Numbered from the stretch's first letter, positions 1 to 14,290 are shown. The stretch is DNA of 64,000 nucleotides from Octopus sinensis (GCF_006345805.1 NC_043000.1:50406001-50470000), one strand, 5' to 3'. The notes: generated by a model not told the origin, from the sequence alone. Translations and numbers: made by a program.

Positions 1-1504
1 TGCAGTTTTTTGTTTAATTGCAATAATCATCATTAGAATTATAGACCAGCTTTTAAACTTTTAGTCTATTACTAAAATACTTGTATTTGACTACTTTTTG
101 ATGAGCTTAAAAAAATTATACTGTGTTCTTTTTTATTTTTCTCTCTCTCTCTAATGTTTTCTAAATCTGTTCTGATGTAAATTCATATTTATCGTTTGTT
201 TAGTAGTAGTATGATGTAGTTTTAGAAAAGCTTGGTGTGTGTATTGATCTGAATCAAAACTACATTGTTATTGAGTATTATGTTCTTTTACACTTTTAAT
301 GGTTGCAATTATTAAACTGTGGCATTGGCTTCAAGAGTTTTTAGCCTATATACTACAGTGAATAAGTTACTTTTTATTATAAAGGGACACACTGTTTTAC
401 ACTGGTACACCATGCACACACACACACACACACTCACTCTCTCTCTCTCCTGCACAGTTCCTTTCTATTAAGTTCCATTCAGAAGGCACTTGTCCACATG
501 AGGCTAGATTGGAAGGCATTTGCTCAAAGTGTTGTACAGTTGGACTGAGCTCAAAGCCATGAACTTGCAATGTGATCTACTGAATCACATGTCTATTGAC
601 AAAATAAAGTTTGTTACAGCTATTCAAATTATACATTGAAAACTGTAAAAGACAATTAAGAAACTAAAAAAATAAATAAAAACAAGATTTATGTTCTGTG
701 TGCGCTCCACCTACTCCATTACACAAATGAAAATATTTGTGATCCAGCATTAATTAAATGTTATTGAATGAAAAGAAAAAGAAATTGTTTTCTGTTTACG
801 TGCTCAGTATTTTAATGTATTTTACACTACTAATTATGATAGTAACCAATACTTGGGATAAATTTAGTTGCTGTTTAAATTATTTTTCAGTGTATTTGTT
901 ATTGGCTGTTGTTTCTTATGTCAATTATGTTTCTACTTTATTTTGTATTTGTGTAACTGATGTGTTTTGTATATCCTGAAGCTTTTCCAACACATATCCT
1001 AATAACTTACTAAAAAGATGACATAGCAGATTCATTAGGTTGTTAGATAGAATGTCTCATACTATTTGTTCTAACTCCATGTGTTTTGAGTTCAAATCTT
1101 GTCTAGTTAAACTTTGCCTTTTATCCATTTGGGGATTGATAAAATGTCACTTATCTAAGTTGGTGGATTAGCAAAAATGTAAAAATATTAGACTGAATGC
1201 CTTGCTGTATTTGGCTTAGTTCTCTGTTTTTCTGAAATAAAATGCTATTGTGGCTCTATCTGAGTAGTAGACATAATCCATTGCCCAATTTAATATTGTG
1301 AACTTTTAGTGGAGTCTACTCTGTTGCAGTCATGTCTCCAGTTTGAGAATACCTTCTTCCCTCTCTCTCAAAAGTGTCATAGGTCTTGTAAATGGCTATG
1401 GGCTTAGATTCACACCTATCTAAAAGAGAGGAAAAAATCAACCTTAAAAATATATGCAGAAAATATTTTTGTTTTTAATTTGTTTCGTAATTATTAGGGC
1501 ATCA

Positions 1505-1690
1505 GGGAAAATATTTAGAGGCACTTTTTAAGGCTCTTCTACATTCTGAGTTCAAATGCTGTTCAGGTCAACATTGCCTTTCATCCTTTCAGGAGCAATG
1601 AAATCACACACCTGCTGAGCAGGTCAATGTAATCAACTCCCCCTTCCCTCTATGTTATTGGGTTTGTATCAAATTGGAATACAGTATTGA
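1505..1690 (+). mobile_element. Degenerate tRNA-derived SINE, family A
   Basis: Contains ttctgagttcaaat...tgcctttcatcctttc...gtcaatgtaatcaact, matching the better copy at 8623-8838. Confidence 0.55.
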
Positions 1691-4221
1691 TAATGAACCT
1701 CAACATTTAAGCTTCTATAATTTCTGAGATAGCCAATTGATATTCATATAAACAAATTGGGTAAACACACTGGCAGTTAGTCTGGTTGAAAAGGAATTAT
1801 GGTAGTGCTTCTATCCATGTGTGTGTTTGTGCTTATATGTAAATATTATTGCTGAGAAGTTTTCTTTTCTATTGTAGTCCCTGCTCTTGCAACCAAAAGT
1901 ATTTCTTACTGCTTTAGCCCTTTTGATATCAACCAAACTGAGACCACTTTTGGTCCTGTAACTTAAGCTTCTTGTTTTAAAGTGATTTTATTCAATAATG
2001 ACAGTTATTTTACTAAATTCTACATTATTTGAAAGAACAGTGGTTTTCAATAGAAATTTGGTTATGAAAAATTTAAAATCTTCATTTCTTCTCATCCTCA
2101 CTCATTGCTCTTATTCTCTTTCGCCATTTCACTGTCTCACAAATTTTTCCTCTCTTCTTTCTCTGACCACTTCCATGTTCGTATAACTACTAACTCTGCC
2201 TGCCATTTCCTGACATGAGTCCAAATTCTCATAGATCAAGGACAAATCAACTTTTCTTGTTCCTCAAAGAAGAACTTTGAGCAAGAATTTTGAAATTCTT
2301 CTCACAATGACGAACAGACTTAAGAAACTTTAAAACTTTAACAATTATGGTAGTGATTCACAATGTTTGTTCTGTTTAATTGTTTAGAAAATTTGAATCA
2401 GTTTGAGATTCTATTACAAATACAATATTATTTATTTGTTATATATTTATTGTACTTACAAGCCCCCAAGAGTTTCAAGAAATTATTTGTTTTAATTACT
2501 TATTAAAACTTATAGAAATGCTGCAAGTAGAATGTATTTGTTTGATTTTTTGATACCATTTATGGGCAAGGAAACTGAAATTTTTGTGCTGGAATTGGAT
2601 TGAAACTATTTCTGTATATAGTATATTCAACAAATATAACAGTTTTGAACTTATTTGATTATTAAAATCAAAGATGACCTGAGAGAATTTCTGTCATTAT
2701 CAGTTATGCACAGGTAGGTTTGGACAACACTCCATTTCCAGTTTTAGATCAGAAGTATCACTGATTCTTATGTTATTGACCTGAGAGTTGAACTATGGCA
2801 GGATTTGAACTTTCAAGGTATTAAACCAAACATAGAAAACCTGTTCACTCAGAATACTTCTAGAATGAGTGTAGTAAGAATTTGCTCAAGTTAAGTAATG
2901 AGGTCTCACAATAAGGTATTCATTCTACTAAGACTGTAACTGTGCCTTATTTAACTGCATGAATCAAGCCCTTGCATCAAACTGCTTTAACTAGAACTGA
3001 TTATGTGACTATTGAGTTGAGTCATTTGATGTAGCAGCAAATATGCACAACATGCAACCTGCATCAACAAAAGTATTGTAACCACTGTTTAGAAATTGTA
3101 CTAAAAGATCACTTTCAAAGTTTGTGCAACAGTAATTAATAATTGTGAGTCATTGGTGATATGTCAAAATTAGTATGTTCCAGTGAAGTTTGTAAATTTA
3201 GCACTCCTCTCTCTTAGGAAGTGTGATAAGAGAGCCATCATCAATTACATACATTTAATTTAAATGGTTTCAGAAACAAAATTGGTAGTCTCGTTCTGTC
3301 TGGTGACATTTAGTTTGATTTTCTTCAGACTTTCATGTAGTGTTATTTAATTTCTTTTTATTTATTAATTTATCCCTAAGCAGTTGATAATCAAGGTATT
3401 GAAGGGTATCAAAAGTACAGACATCTTATTCCAATCCTGTTTGAGTTTCTGCTTAAATGTTCGGCCATTTAAATTGATTAATGAGGCTAATAAAAATTTA
3501 TATTTTCTTTTTGGTTTTATTATTGCTGGACTTAGTACATTTAATTCTGTTTTGGTAAACTGGTAAACTCTATACGAAAGGGCAATCTTATTAAATTCCG
3601 TTTCATATTATGGTTTTTATTGCAGTGCTGCTGCACTCATATTTGCATAATGTGTAGTAATGACTGGATAATACATTTTTAAAAAATTAAGTAGTGAAAA
3701 TATAGAAAGATACACAAAGTATAATTGGTTTAGGAGGTAGATAAAAAATACCTTTTAAAATTGAATAATATTTAGCTATATTTTCATATTTATCAAAATC
3801 AGTGCTTCTTGACATAAAGTATACTTGTGATAGTAGCATTATCTCAAATATTGATAAACTCTGCTGAGATACGTTAGTATCATAGGTGTTAAGAGCACCT
3901 GGTGTGCTTGTAGAATGAATCACTATGTGTCATGAAATTGACAGCTCCTGAGGTGCTTAGAAAGTGGGTCCTTTATGTAATTATAGAGAAAATGGAGTTT
4001 TTACCACTATCAGCTATGAGACAACAAAATTGGCAGGAAGTGGAGAAAATAGAAAAAAAATTGGTGTTTCTTCTCAGCATTGATGAAAATTGCTGGCAAT
4101 AGCTTCTTTCAAAACAATATAGTCTCTTTGACTTGGACATAAACGTGTGGGAGAAAAACTTTATCTGAACTTTTACTTTACATTTGTATGATTTCCACTG
4201 GAAAATAGTAAGCTGTAAATC

Positions 4222-4390
4222 CAGGGTTGTCTCAGCAGCTTTATAGGTCCCCAGGCTTATCAATGCTCTGGGCCCTTGAGTAGTTTTTAATTAACAGTGA
4301 GCCATAAAATACAGCGATCAGAATTGGGTCCCTACACTTGTGAAGCCCCTGGGCAACTTCCCAGTGTGCTCACATCTTAAGATGGCTCTA
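4222..4390. mobile_element. Possible short hAT-like non-autonomous element
   Basis: GC-richer island starting cagggttgtctcag and ending cttaagatggctcta (imperfect inverted ends); no target-site duplication (TSD) seen. Confidence 0.3.
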
Positions 4391-5617
4391 TGTAAATCAG
4401 AAGGCTGGATTCTTTTCTTCTGAAAATATTTAACATTCCTTCTTGATATTTAATGACAGAACAAAATCAACAACATGCACATTAACAAGAAGTATACTTG
4501 CAAACGACTATTTTGCGCTTGTGAAGGTTTGTTGGCATCTCTTAAAAAAATTATCCTCAAAATGAATTGAAGAGCTTCTGTTAACATTGCCAGCAATTCA
4601 GAAAACAACTTTCACCACTGTGAAGTATCTCCTTGACTCCTGGTCATTCTGCATATATGTTCTACAATCATGGATTGTATTGAACTTTAGTGACATGTAA
4701 GAAACAAACAAACAAATATAGTTTTTGAGAAACAGTAGAAATTGTCATAGATACCATATAAATAAACCAAAAGAAATGATCTTTGACTATGTGACAACAC
4801 TAACATGACACAAAATTATTTTGTTGTTCACTTCTGTAGTTTCTTCATACTAGTAATGAAGTAGTAGTAGTAGTAGATATATACAAGTAGAATAGTAGAA
4901 AGTATTACAGTTAAGTATCTGTAAGAAACTCTTTACCACCAGAGGTAGTCTTATTTGACTTCTTACTCCAAGCCCCTATTTTCAAACTGCTAGATGTTAA
5001 ATAATACTGAGCAAATGGTCATCATGTTTAGTCATATGATTTGCAACCTACAAATGCTGAAAAACCTATTGGCTGTATACTCAAGAGCAGACCAAGAGAA
5101 AATGCCAAGTGATTTTTGTTCGTGATATAGAAATATATCGTCTGTGTGGATTGATTCAACTAAAGGACATTCTGGAATATTGAGGTGTAGACAGTGAAAA
5201 AGATAAGCATGGGAATATTATATGTATTAAATTCACTTAGAACTGGCTGGTACTTTGAAGCTGTTGGCTAGAATTTTTAACTTTTATCAAGTAACAGTTC
5301 AACGATAAATTAGTAGATCCTTACTTCTTTTTCTAAAGCAGTTTTCATTGAATAACACTCTTTTGTATATGCATGTATGTGTGTATGTGTGTGTGTTGTA
5401 TTTGTGAATTCACACTTATCTATGACAGCTTGTTTGGTAACCTAACAAGATATGATTTTTATTTTGTTGCGTTGGCATAACTTCAGTGTTCCTTCAGTTC
5501 TGATTGCTACATGAACAATCCACCTACATTTCTTTCAAAAGATAATGATAGTTGTGCATAGCTTTACAAGATAAGAGTCTTACATATGTGTATACTTTTA
5601 GTAATTTTTTCTTACAG

Positions 5618-5676
5618 GTTGATTTAAATAATATATTTGCACTAGATATAATTCAGTACACCTACAAATATTGGAA
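5618..5676 (+). other. Candidate exon (VDLNNIFALDIIQYTYKYW)
   Basis: Strong acceptor ttttttcttacag|G, weak donor AA|gtaata; open in phase 0. Confidence 0.25.
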
Positions 5677-6024
5677 GTAATAGTTATAAAAATCAAATAT
5701 TTAATCCAATAATAATGTAACATTTTATTTCCATCATATTCTCATTTTTAAGGTTTTATTGCAATGTCTTTTTCATGTTTCTGTAGCAAATTAAAAATTT
5801 TTTTTGGTATACATCTATATTTCACATAAATATCATAGAAAAATAATATGTTCACTAATACAAACTTCTTATCTTGACATGTTTCATAGCATTTTAAAAG
5901 GTTTCACGTCTATTTAAAAAATTATTCTCTCATTGTAGTTTCAGTAAGTGATTATAGTTTAGTTTGGAATGTTCATTTTCAACATGTGTAACAGAAAGAT
6001 ATATTTCTGCTGGTACTTTCCATG

Positions 6025-6057
<33 letters not shown>

Positions 6058-8252
6058 CAAAGAATATGAGGAATGTTTTAGAACAGTATAATTTGAGAAA
6101 ATAATTGAAAAAATAATTAACTAACAATTCTAAAAAAAAAAAAAGTAAAATGCAATTTATTAATTATAAGTGTATATATTTATTTTATGAATGTTTATCA
6201 GATGTTTGGTGACTTAAGCCTACTCATTGGTAATCCACTGCTTGATGAAACCTTAGTATGTTGTTGCTGGGTTGTTTGTGTTGGGCGTAGGCACACCTCT
6301 TCATACCTCTTCACACCTCTTCATAGTTAATACTGATCAGATGTCGTGATCTTGTGGTTAAGTAATTAGTCCTTGCTATTGACATGTAGGCAGAATGAGA
6401 ACGTAATTCAATGAGTTGGAATAGATGCTGTAAGGCATCTTGTCTGATTACAGTAATTCACCAGCCCTTGACTAGTACCTTATTTATTCATTTTGAAATG
6501 TTGGGATTTGAACTCTGATTACAGAAAGCTGATATAAGTACTATAGTTGTGCTGTAGCCAATACTTTTATGATCCATTCAGTTTGTTACTTCTGTACTGG
6601 TTCTTACTGCTTATGGTGACAATTTTGATTAAAAATAGATGTGGTCATAGGCTAATAAATTTGGTTACTAACTAGGTAGGTAACATTCCAAATATACAAA
6701 AGCATCCTGAAGGATGCACTAGTTCTGCAGAGTGGTTGGTATCAGTATTTCAAAGTTAGAATGAAGAATATTATTTGAAAGAATGTTTGTAAATAAAATG
6801 CAAGGCAAGGAAGTGTTTTGAGACTTCCATTCAATAGCCTACTGTGTCTGCAAACTACTTTTTTTGCTGTTCAGGTTGTTTCAAGTAAATGTAGTATTTA
6901 TTTATTTATTTATTTATTCAAAACTACTTTATCTGTATAAATTTTATGGTGAACACTTGAGGCAGGATTTATTTCAATATAGGATTTTTAAATATATATA
7001 ATAACTTTAATATCATTACACATCAGTATATTAGTTTTGTTTTTATTTATTCATTGGACCCTGAGGTTATGGTAATGTGCATATTTAAATGTATTATTCA
7101 TAATGAGCACAAGTACACACTTTCATCATTTATACATTTGCTTTCACCATGCATTTATACATTCACACATGTAAATACATATACAATTATTTTTTTTATC
7201 AGCAAAGCAAATAAAAGCTGTATATATGCCTTCTGTATATTTTGCATTCATTTACTTCATGATTTTTCATGTTATTTAATGAAAATTCAATTTTTTTCTA
7301 CTTGAAATAATTTTTGTACATTTTTGAATTTATGAAATCAAATTTGAAATTTTAGTCAAAAACCAGTTGGATTAATGGTTTGTGTGGATTGGATGGATGG
7401 TGGGTGTGAGGAAATGAACTTAGAAAGTTAATACACTAATTCAAATAGTATACTCATCATAAGAACAGTATTTGCTGCATTCCTCTTAGTAATTGTTCTG
7501 TTTTTGTTTTAAAGAAAGTAATGTAAACAAGCCTCATGTGGTTTCTGAATACTATTCATGTACAGTATTTCAGTGACAGATTATTTAATATAATTTTAGA
7601 AACAGAAATGATGTATTTTCTATAATTGACATGTAAAATACCTTTATCATAAATATATTAGTAAAATTAATCAATTCTAGTTTGTTTTTGTTTTCTTAAG
7701 TGATAAAAGATAATATAAGATATATACTGGTTATTTCCTTTAATTGTTTTTAATTCATTTATAAAATTAGATTTAGACATAATTTTTGCCAAATAGTTTG
7801 AATGTATTCATAGAAGAACACAGTTTGTGGAAGAACTAATAAACATTCTGTGTTTTATTTAATAAGCATTTAGTACGGAAAACTTCCACCTGTTAACATG
7901 AAAAATCTATAGACATAAGTATGATTAGTTAATTTTAGAAAAGTTAGAAGTAGTTTTGTTACTTAGCATGAAAGCAAATGTTTTAGATATTTCTTTATGG
8001 TTGTACATTTGCATATGTTCATATACAAATAAGTGTATACTTAGAAAAAATATTCTTATGCAGATGTAAATTATATGTGAATGGTTATTTCTATATAAAA
8101 ATATTTGGAGAAATATTGATATCTGCATAACATTTGTGTTATGCAAAAATATACCTGGTTTCTTTTGCTATTCATACTTTAAACCACTAATTATATTTTG
8201 AATAGAAAGTATATATGTATTGAATATTGATAAAGACTTGATTTTCTTTCAG

Positions 8253-8342
8253 ATTGTTCATTCTTGTGGCTGATGAATTAAATTGGGTAGAGTTTGAAGA
8301 TAAAGGGTTGAAAGAATAATTTGAAACAATTAAACATATAAG
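8253..8342 (+). other. Candidate 90-nt exon, non-coding (5' UTR) or stop-containing
   Basis: Acceptor attttctttcag|A and donor AAG|gtaaga are both strong; all three frames contain a stop. Confidence 0.5.
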
Positions 8343-8622
8343 GTAAGACATTGTGTTTTTTTTTGAAAAAAATAATACTTAAGAGTTTTTATATACCAAT
8401 ATAACTTTTTTTGAAATATGTCAAATTTACTGAGGCAGTGTGACTTGCCGAAAATACCAGTTGTACTTTTTGATACATGTTTAACATCGTTACTGAAATA
8501 ACCATGTAATTTAATTTTGCAGTGAGAGGATTAGTTATCTTCTTACATTTAGGTATAAAAGTGTTCCAACTTTTGCATTAATATGCTGAGATTAAACATT
8601 GCATGATTAATATTTGAATGAA

Positions 8623-8838
8623 CTCAGTTGGCGAGCTGGCAGAAACGTTATCACACCGGGTGAACTGCTTAGGAGTATTTCCTCTGTCTTTATGTTCTGA
8701 GTTCAAATTCCGCTAAGGTTGACTTTGCCTTTCATCCTTTCAGGGTCGATAAATTGAGTACCAGTTGCATACTGGGATCAATCTAATCAACTGGCCCCCT
8801 CCCCAAAAATTTCAGACCTTGTGCCTAGAGTAGAAAAG
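8623..8838 (+). mobile_element. tRNA-derived SINE, family A, with 14-bp TSD
   Basis: Head ggcgagctggcagaaacgtta, B-box-like gagttcaaattcc; flanked by the direct repeat AATATTTGAATGAA at 8609-8622 and 8839-8852. Confidence 0.85.
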
Positions 8839-9677
8839 AATATTTGAATGAAATTTTCGAAAAGAATATGTTCACCTATTTTAGATACCTTTTTAGAAAG
8901 AAACAATAGTTGATCCTACAATAGTTCACCATGTTGTTGAATATTACAAGATTTGTCATAAATTTCTTACCATTTGTAAGGTTCAACTACCTATTCAATA
9001 TTATGGAGCAAAATATTTCTGTGTTTTTGTTTTTTTTAAAAAAAAACCCAGAAAACACAAGTATTTTCGCATAAGTGTGTAATTGAAAATATATTTTGGT
9101 GTCATATAGGCTTGTCTGTAATTAATTATGTAAGATGCATGATACTTGATTCATATAAAAAAAAAGAAATGGTTTAAGAAAGCGTCTCAATACATTGTTC
9201 TCTGCACTTGAACTAAGAACAAACCTGTTGCAAATTATATTTCATTAATACTAATTACAAATTCTTAACATAATTGTCTTTGTTGAGATTTTAAGTCTTT
9301 TTCTGTTTTTTTCTGATAACTTCTGAGCTATGGATGTTTTCTGTTGTTTTGTGGAGGTTCTTTTATTCTTAAAACTATATTTCTGTTAGATTACTATTGT
9401 CTTAGTAAATACGTGGTAATCATCACGCATTATATTCATCATATATAAATTCTACAGCCAACTGGAGAATACGTACATGGTTGCTCAACTTGCAAGAAAT
9501 ACTGGCAAAATTTTACTATCATTAAAAAAAGAGGGTACTTTGAACAATGTTGTCCTACAGATTCAAAATACATGGGAAGATCACATCTGGAATGTCTTTG
9601 ATTATAGCTCTGTCGAATTAACACTAAGTTGGGGTGGGAAGGGGTAAATAAGAACATCTACAATAGGTTACAGTGAA

Positions 9678-10012
9678 GATGCTTGGCTCAGTGGTTAGAG
9701 AGTCAGGCTCAAAATCATGGGGGAATTATTTCAGTTCCCAGACAGGGCTGCATGTTGTGTTCTTGAGCAAGATGCTTTATTTCACACTGCTCCAGTTCAC
9801 GCAACTGTAGAAATGATTTGCGATGTCATGAGTGCCAAACTGCATTGGCCTTTGCCTTTCCCTTGGATAACACCAGTGGCAAGGTGAGGGGAGGCTGGTA
9901 TACATGGGTGATTGCTGGTCTTCCATAAGCAATCTTGCCTGGACTTGTACCTTGGAGGGAAACTTCCTAGCTGCAATCCTATGATCATTCATGACCAAAG
10001 GGGGTCTTTACC
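9678..10012 (+). mobile_element. tRNA-derived SINE, family B
   Basis: A-box-like tggctcagtggttag; body colinear with the copy at 22369-22696. Confidence 0.8.
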
Positions 10013-10779
10013 CATTATCCTATGTTATGTATAACAACAGATATGTTACAATCAGCTGAGTGCTTTTTGAAAGTTAATCTTCAAATATATCTTAGTTAAG
10101 CTATTTATTAAATATGATTTTCGATTGTGAAGTTTGTGCTTCTAATTTTGTCTATAACCGTTATAGATATATCAATACCCAAAGTCCTATGTGATCCAAA
10201 TATTTTTGATATGTTGAAAATTCTGAAAAAGTGTCTAAACTTTTTTGGCATTCAAGATTCAAAACATTTTATTAAATCAGAAAATGATTTGTAAATATGT
10301 AACTGTATATATTATTCTTTTCCTCTGAGTAACAGAAAATGGATGAACAAAATTTTCTATTGCAAGCTTATAAATCTGTTCATGTTTAACAAACAGAAAT
10401 GTAATGTATTGCATATTGTCCTTTTATTTAACCACTGTAAATCTATAAAAGGAAAGAAAAATCTAATAGAATTTAGATTTTAAATATTAATGGGAAGGCA
10501 ATGAAAATTCAATGTTGTTCAGCTCTTTGTAAGCTCTAACTAAGCAGGCCTGTGATCAAAGTTGTTCCAGCTGTGATGTTCTGGTCTTTCTATATTTATG
10601 AGTATCTTGTCAGTTTTCATGTTTTTAACAAGAGAATTGAGGGAAATTTAGCTACCATTTCTAACAGGTCAAGGAACTATACAGAGGCATTCTAGATGGC
10701 TTTCAAAAACCAACTGTATTCCATATAAGATGAATTTAATTATTAGTATTATCATTTTCAAACTGCATGTAAACCTCAC

Positions 10780-10960
10780 AAATGCTGATGGCATGAAAAA
10801 CAAAATGTACCCTGGCATTAAGAAGGGCATCCAGCCATAGAAACCATGCCAATGCAGATACTGGAGCACAGTGCAATCCTCAGACCCATCAGATCCTGTC
10901 AAAATGTTCAATCCATGCCAGCATAAGGCATGGACATTAAATGCTGCTGCTGCTGATTAT
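10780..10960 (+). repeat. Dispersed repeat family D (LINE-tail-like)
   Basis: gaagggcatccagccatagaaaccatgcc...ccatgccagcat...ggacattaaat; related copies at 16500-16765 (-) and 61130-61350 (+). Confidence 0.6.
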
Positions 10961-10965
10961 TATCA

Positions 10966-11170
10966 TTACTGGAAAAGTGATGAACTGGTAGCATCATTAT
11001 TATGCCTGGCAAAATGCTTGTCTGTCTTATGTTCTGAGTTCAAATTCTGCCAAGGTGGACTTCACTTTTCATCCGATTGGGGTTGATCAAATAATTACAT
11101 TGACTGGGATCAATGTAATTGACTTATATTCCCCGGAAATTGCTGGTGTTGTGCCAAACTTTTAACCCAT
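10966..11170 (+). mobile_element. SINE family A
   Basis: Same body as 8623-8838; lies between ATT-rich tracts. Confidence 0.7.
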
Positions 11171-11184
11171 TATGATTATTATTA

Positions 11185-11960
11185 TTCCTGCTTCCAGGCA
11201 TTGCTGACTTGCGGGGCTATGTTGAACAGCTGCAGTCATGGGTGGGACAGATCCATCTGTCAGCCAAGTCTGTAGTGATGATCGCACTGCCACCCTCCTT
11301 CAATCGCGCGGACAATGTAGTTTTCCTTTGATTGGTGGCTGTGCCGAGAGAGCTTTATTTGGTGGACAAGGCTGAAAGGCATGAGGATAGATACATTCCT
11401 CTTTGGTATATTTCTCGCTGATTCTTCAAGTTTCACTTTAAAAAGAAATTGAGAGTGGAGAGAGAAGTGCTGTCCTCGAGTGAGCTTACTGGTTGAAAGT
11501 TGTGGGTGAAAGTTGTGGAAATGGCAAGAGTGGATGGTACTTCTCTAAGTGTAGACCTTTGAGTTAGAAAGAAGGAATTGGAGAGGGCACTTTCTCCTGG
11601 GAAATCTTGGATAGTGGGGTTCCTTGATTATCCCTAGAGGCTTTCCTGTATCAGGAGTGCCACATCTCTATCATCCACCTCACCACTTTTTTTTAAACCT
11701 TTGTATGCTATGCTTATGTCCCTTCCTTCTCAGTGTATACTGTGTATACTTACAATTCTTTCTTTATCTTTTTTTTATCATTTCATTATATGTAAACCCC
11801 CACAATTTATGTACATTATTTACATTCGACTGATATTTGTCTCCATCTTGTTTGTTGTTAACACAACTTTTCGGCTGACATACCTCCAGCCTTCTTCAGG
11901 TGTCTTGGGGAAATTTTGAACCTGGATTCTCATTCCTAAGTTATTTTTCGATGTTATTAT
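11185..11960 (-). mobile_element. Penelope-like element fragment (terminal-repeat region plus degraded ORF)
   Basis: Hammerhead motif at 11860-11904. The minus-strand relic reading ...LKEGGSAIIT weakly resembles the PLE (P)ADKGGAIVV motif. Confidence 0.65.
11860..11904 (-). ncRNA. Minimal type-I hammerhead ribozyme motif (PLE), probably decayed
   Basis: GACAC-CUGAAGA-A-GGCUG(9 nt)CAGCC-GAAA-A-GUU-GUGUU. Stems I and II pair; position 15.2 is A instead of C. Confidence 0.7.
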
Positions 11961-12004
11961 TATTATTATTATTATTGTTCAAGTCACCACCACGCCATAT
12001 GCCC

Positions 12005-12080
12005 ACGGGCATATGGCATAATGGTTAAGAGTATGGGCTACTAACCCCAAGATTCTGAGTTTGATTCCAAGCAGTGATTG
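12005..12080 (+). mobile_element. Isolated tRNA-like SINE head
   Basis: tggcataatggttaagag...ctgagtttgattcc (A/B-box-like); no acceptor stem closure. Confidence 0.5.
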
Positions 12081-12949
12081 TTATTTATATTGTTTACACA
12101 CTGTAAAACCCATTGTATCATCCTGTTTTCCTCGTTTATGTTGTTGCCTGTCATTTAATGTTATTTTATGTGAGCCCTTGTGGCTAGTAAAAGAATTTAT
12201 TATTATTATTATTATTATTATTGGATTGAGTACATCTGTGACAAACTAATAATGAATATTCATCTGTATGTAGCTGCCTGGGTTTTTAATGGTTTTATAG
12301 TTAAAATATAAAGTAAAAGAGTTATTAATTAATCAATTCAGCTGTTTCTTTCCTCTTGCTTCGTAAAGGTATTCCTTATATTTCTCCATAATTTTAAATT
12401 ATTATGACCATTAATGGTACAGAGGTTTAATGACAAATTTTAGGCTCTGTTGAACTGTGCTCACAACATTGCATGTTGTTACAGTCCAAATTAGGTCCTT
12501 GAATTCTTTTGTGTATTTGAAGCAACTGCATTTCCAAGAAATCTTCTAACTTCCACTGAAAGGATGCTAATTCAGATTATTCAACAACAGCTGGTGTAAT
12601 TGGTTTATAATAACTCTCAGTTAACTTCAGTTTTATAAGAAAAGCTACAGATGGCAAATCACAGATGGCAAAAAGAGAAACATACATGCAATCCAGCAAG
12701 AAGATTATTAAAATAACCAATAAAAATATAGGTGTATAAATGCCCTTTGGCAAGCTTCTTCGCATGAGTACACTTTCTCATACCAGCATCCACAAAAATG
12801 CGAGCATATGCACATGTGAAATGTGGTGCACTCATGATCACAAAGTGAGTTAGCTATCTACTTGGTGTTTGTAAGAACGGGGACGTTAAATGTAAACTTA
12901 AGTCATCCATACCTTAAAGTAAATTAAATTAAGTTAACGGTTACTCAGA

Positions 12950-14290
12950 ATTCATTCTTACAGCATTGTGTGAAAGTACATTTATATGTATGTAGGTATC
13001 TTGAAAGTCATTCAGAAATTCTATTAATGATCGTCTCGTTAGTCTATAGAATACACGGGGATTCCTTGGAGCAGAGACAGTATCTCCTGGAAATTATATT
13101 GTATGATTTTGCATACCTTACTATGGACCAATTAATGCTGTACTTCATTTTGTCCTCCTTCAGTTGCCATACAAAATCTGCCAAAGATGTTGAATGTCTT
13201 TTATTGATTGTCTTAAAGCTGGCAACATGGTTACAATAACAATTCTTAAATGAATCAGCCATCTACCCAATGTAAACATACAGCCTTCCCCTTGTGTGCA
13301 CAGTACATTTATATATAAAATTTGTACTCATACACAGATTCATCAAAGGACATTTTGATTTTTCTCTACATGAGCATTCATCATATTTACTTGTATATAA
13401 GGCAGTCCTGACTCCATTTACTGGTGTTGTTACTGTGTTAGCTGTATCATAAGTATTTCTACTACTACTACAAATTGATTGTAATTGGTGTTTATCATTG
13501 CGGTTTACATCTCCTTGTTTGGTATTTAGATGCAAATGTTTGGTAGATCCAGTAGGTGGGTTATTGAACATTTGCCACATTTTGCTGTTGTTTATGTGAT
13601 GCACAAGCTGCTCTAAATTGGCATAGTTGGTGTAGGCTACCTTCAGAGTGTGTTGATTAAAAATAGCATGATACCAATTAGATTTAAGAAAAGACTTGTC
13701 CAAAGCAGCAAAAAATTTTCCAACTATCTTGGTTGAAACAGGCAAACCAAAAATCGGGTTGAACCAGAGGACATCCTGATTCCTATTTCTGTTTTTAGGT
13801 TTATTTGATTGAGTGTGTTGTACAGGATTGGAACAAGCAGTTGGATTATTATGTCACATGTGTTTTTGAGTTTCCATTGGTAGTTCATTGACATGACCAA
13901 TTCTTCCTGGCCTGTATTCTTTATCTAAGTGAATTCTCAAACTGTGATATTGTGGTGGTATACAGTGTGTATCACAGGTGGAGAAATTACCAGTGTTGTG
14001 TATGCCTGCATCTTGTATATATTGAACTTTTTCACAGCATCCAGCCCTAGCTGGAACAGCATTATAATAAGTTGCATGTGATTTGAAAATTTTATTATTA
14101 GCGATAAGCTTGAGATTTTTGTAGAAATATTCTTAACTAGTCCCCGTGTAATCAAGGGTGGATGGCTGGATGGTATGTTAATGTACTTAATATGATCATT
14201 TGGCTTATGAAATGGTTCAAATAATCCAGTATCAAGACAGAAGGTAGCGTCTAGAAAATTCACTCTACGATAATCTTTACCCAATGTAAT
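12950..14290 (-). mobile_element. Degenerate Penelope-like retroelement (RT C-terminus/thumb, linker, GIY-YIG endonuclease)
   Basis: VNFLDATF..TGLFEPFHKPND..YIN..SSHPP (13937-14284); VLWFNP; CSCREKSKCPLMNLC..FIY..VYIG (13263-13745); FKN.Y.NH..SF..STSLADFVWQLKE..INWSI (13044-13262). Split by stops. Confidence 0.9.

Noticed and set aside
4460-4696. Exon-like stretch (..LLKKLSSK*IEELL..) ending at gtaaga
   Set aside because: Has an in-frame TGA and weakly resembles LINE RT (LLNRL..IEELL); more likely an old retroelement relic.
9777-9998. Similar ORFs at 9777-9998 and 22482-22838 that look like paralogous genes
   Set aside because: Both are antisense readings of family-B SINE copies.
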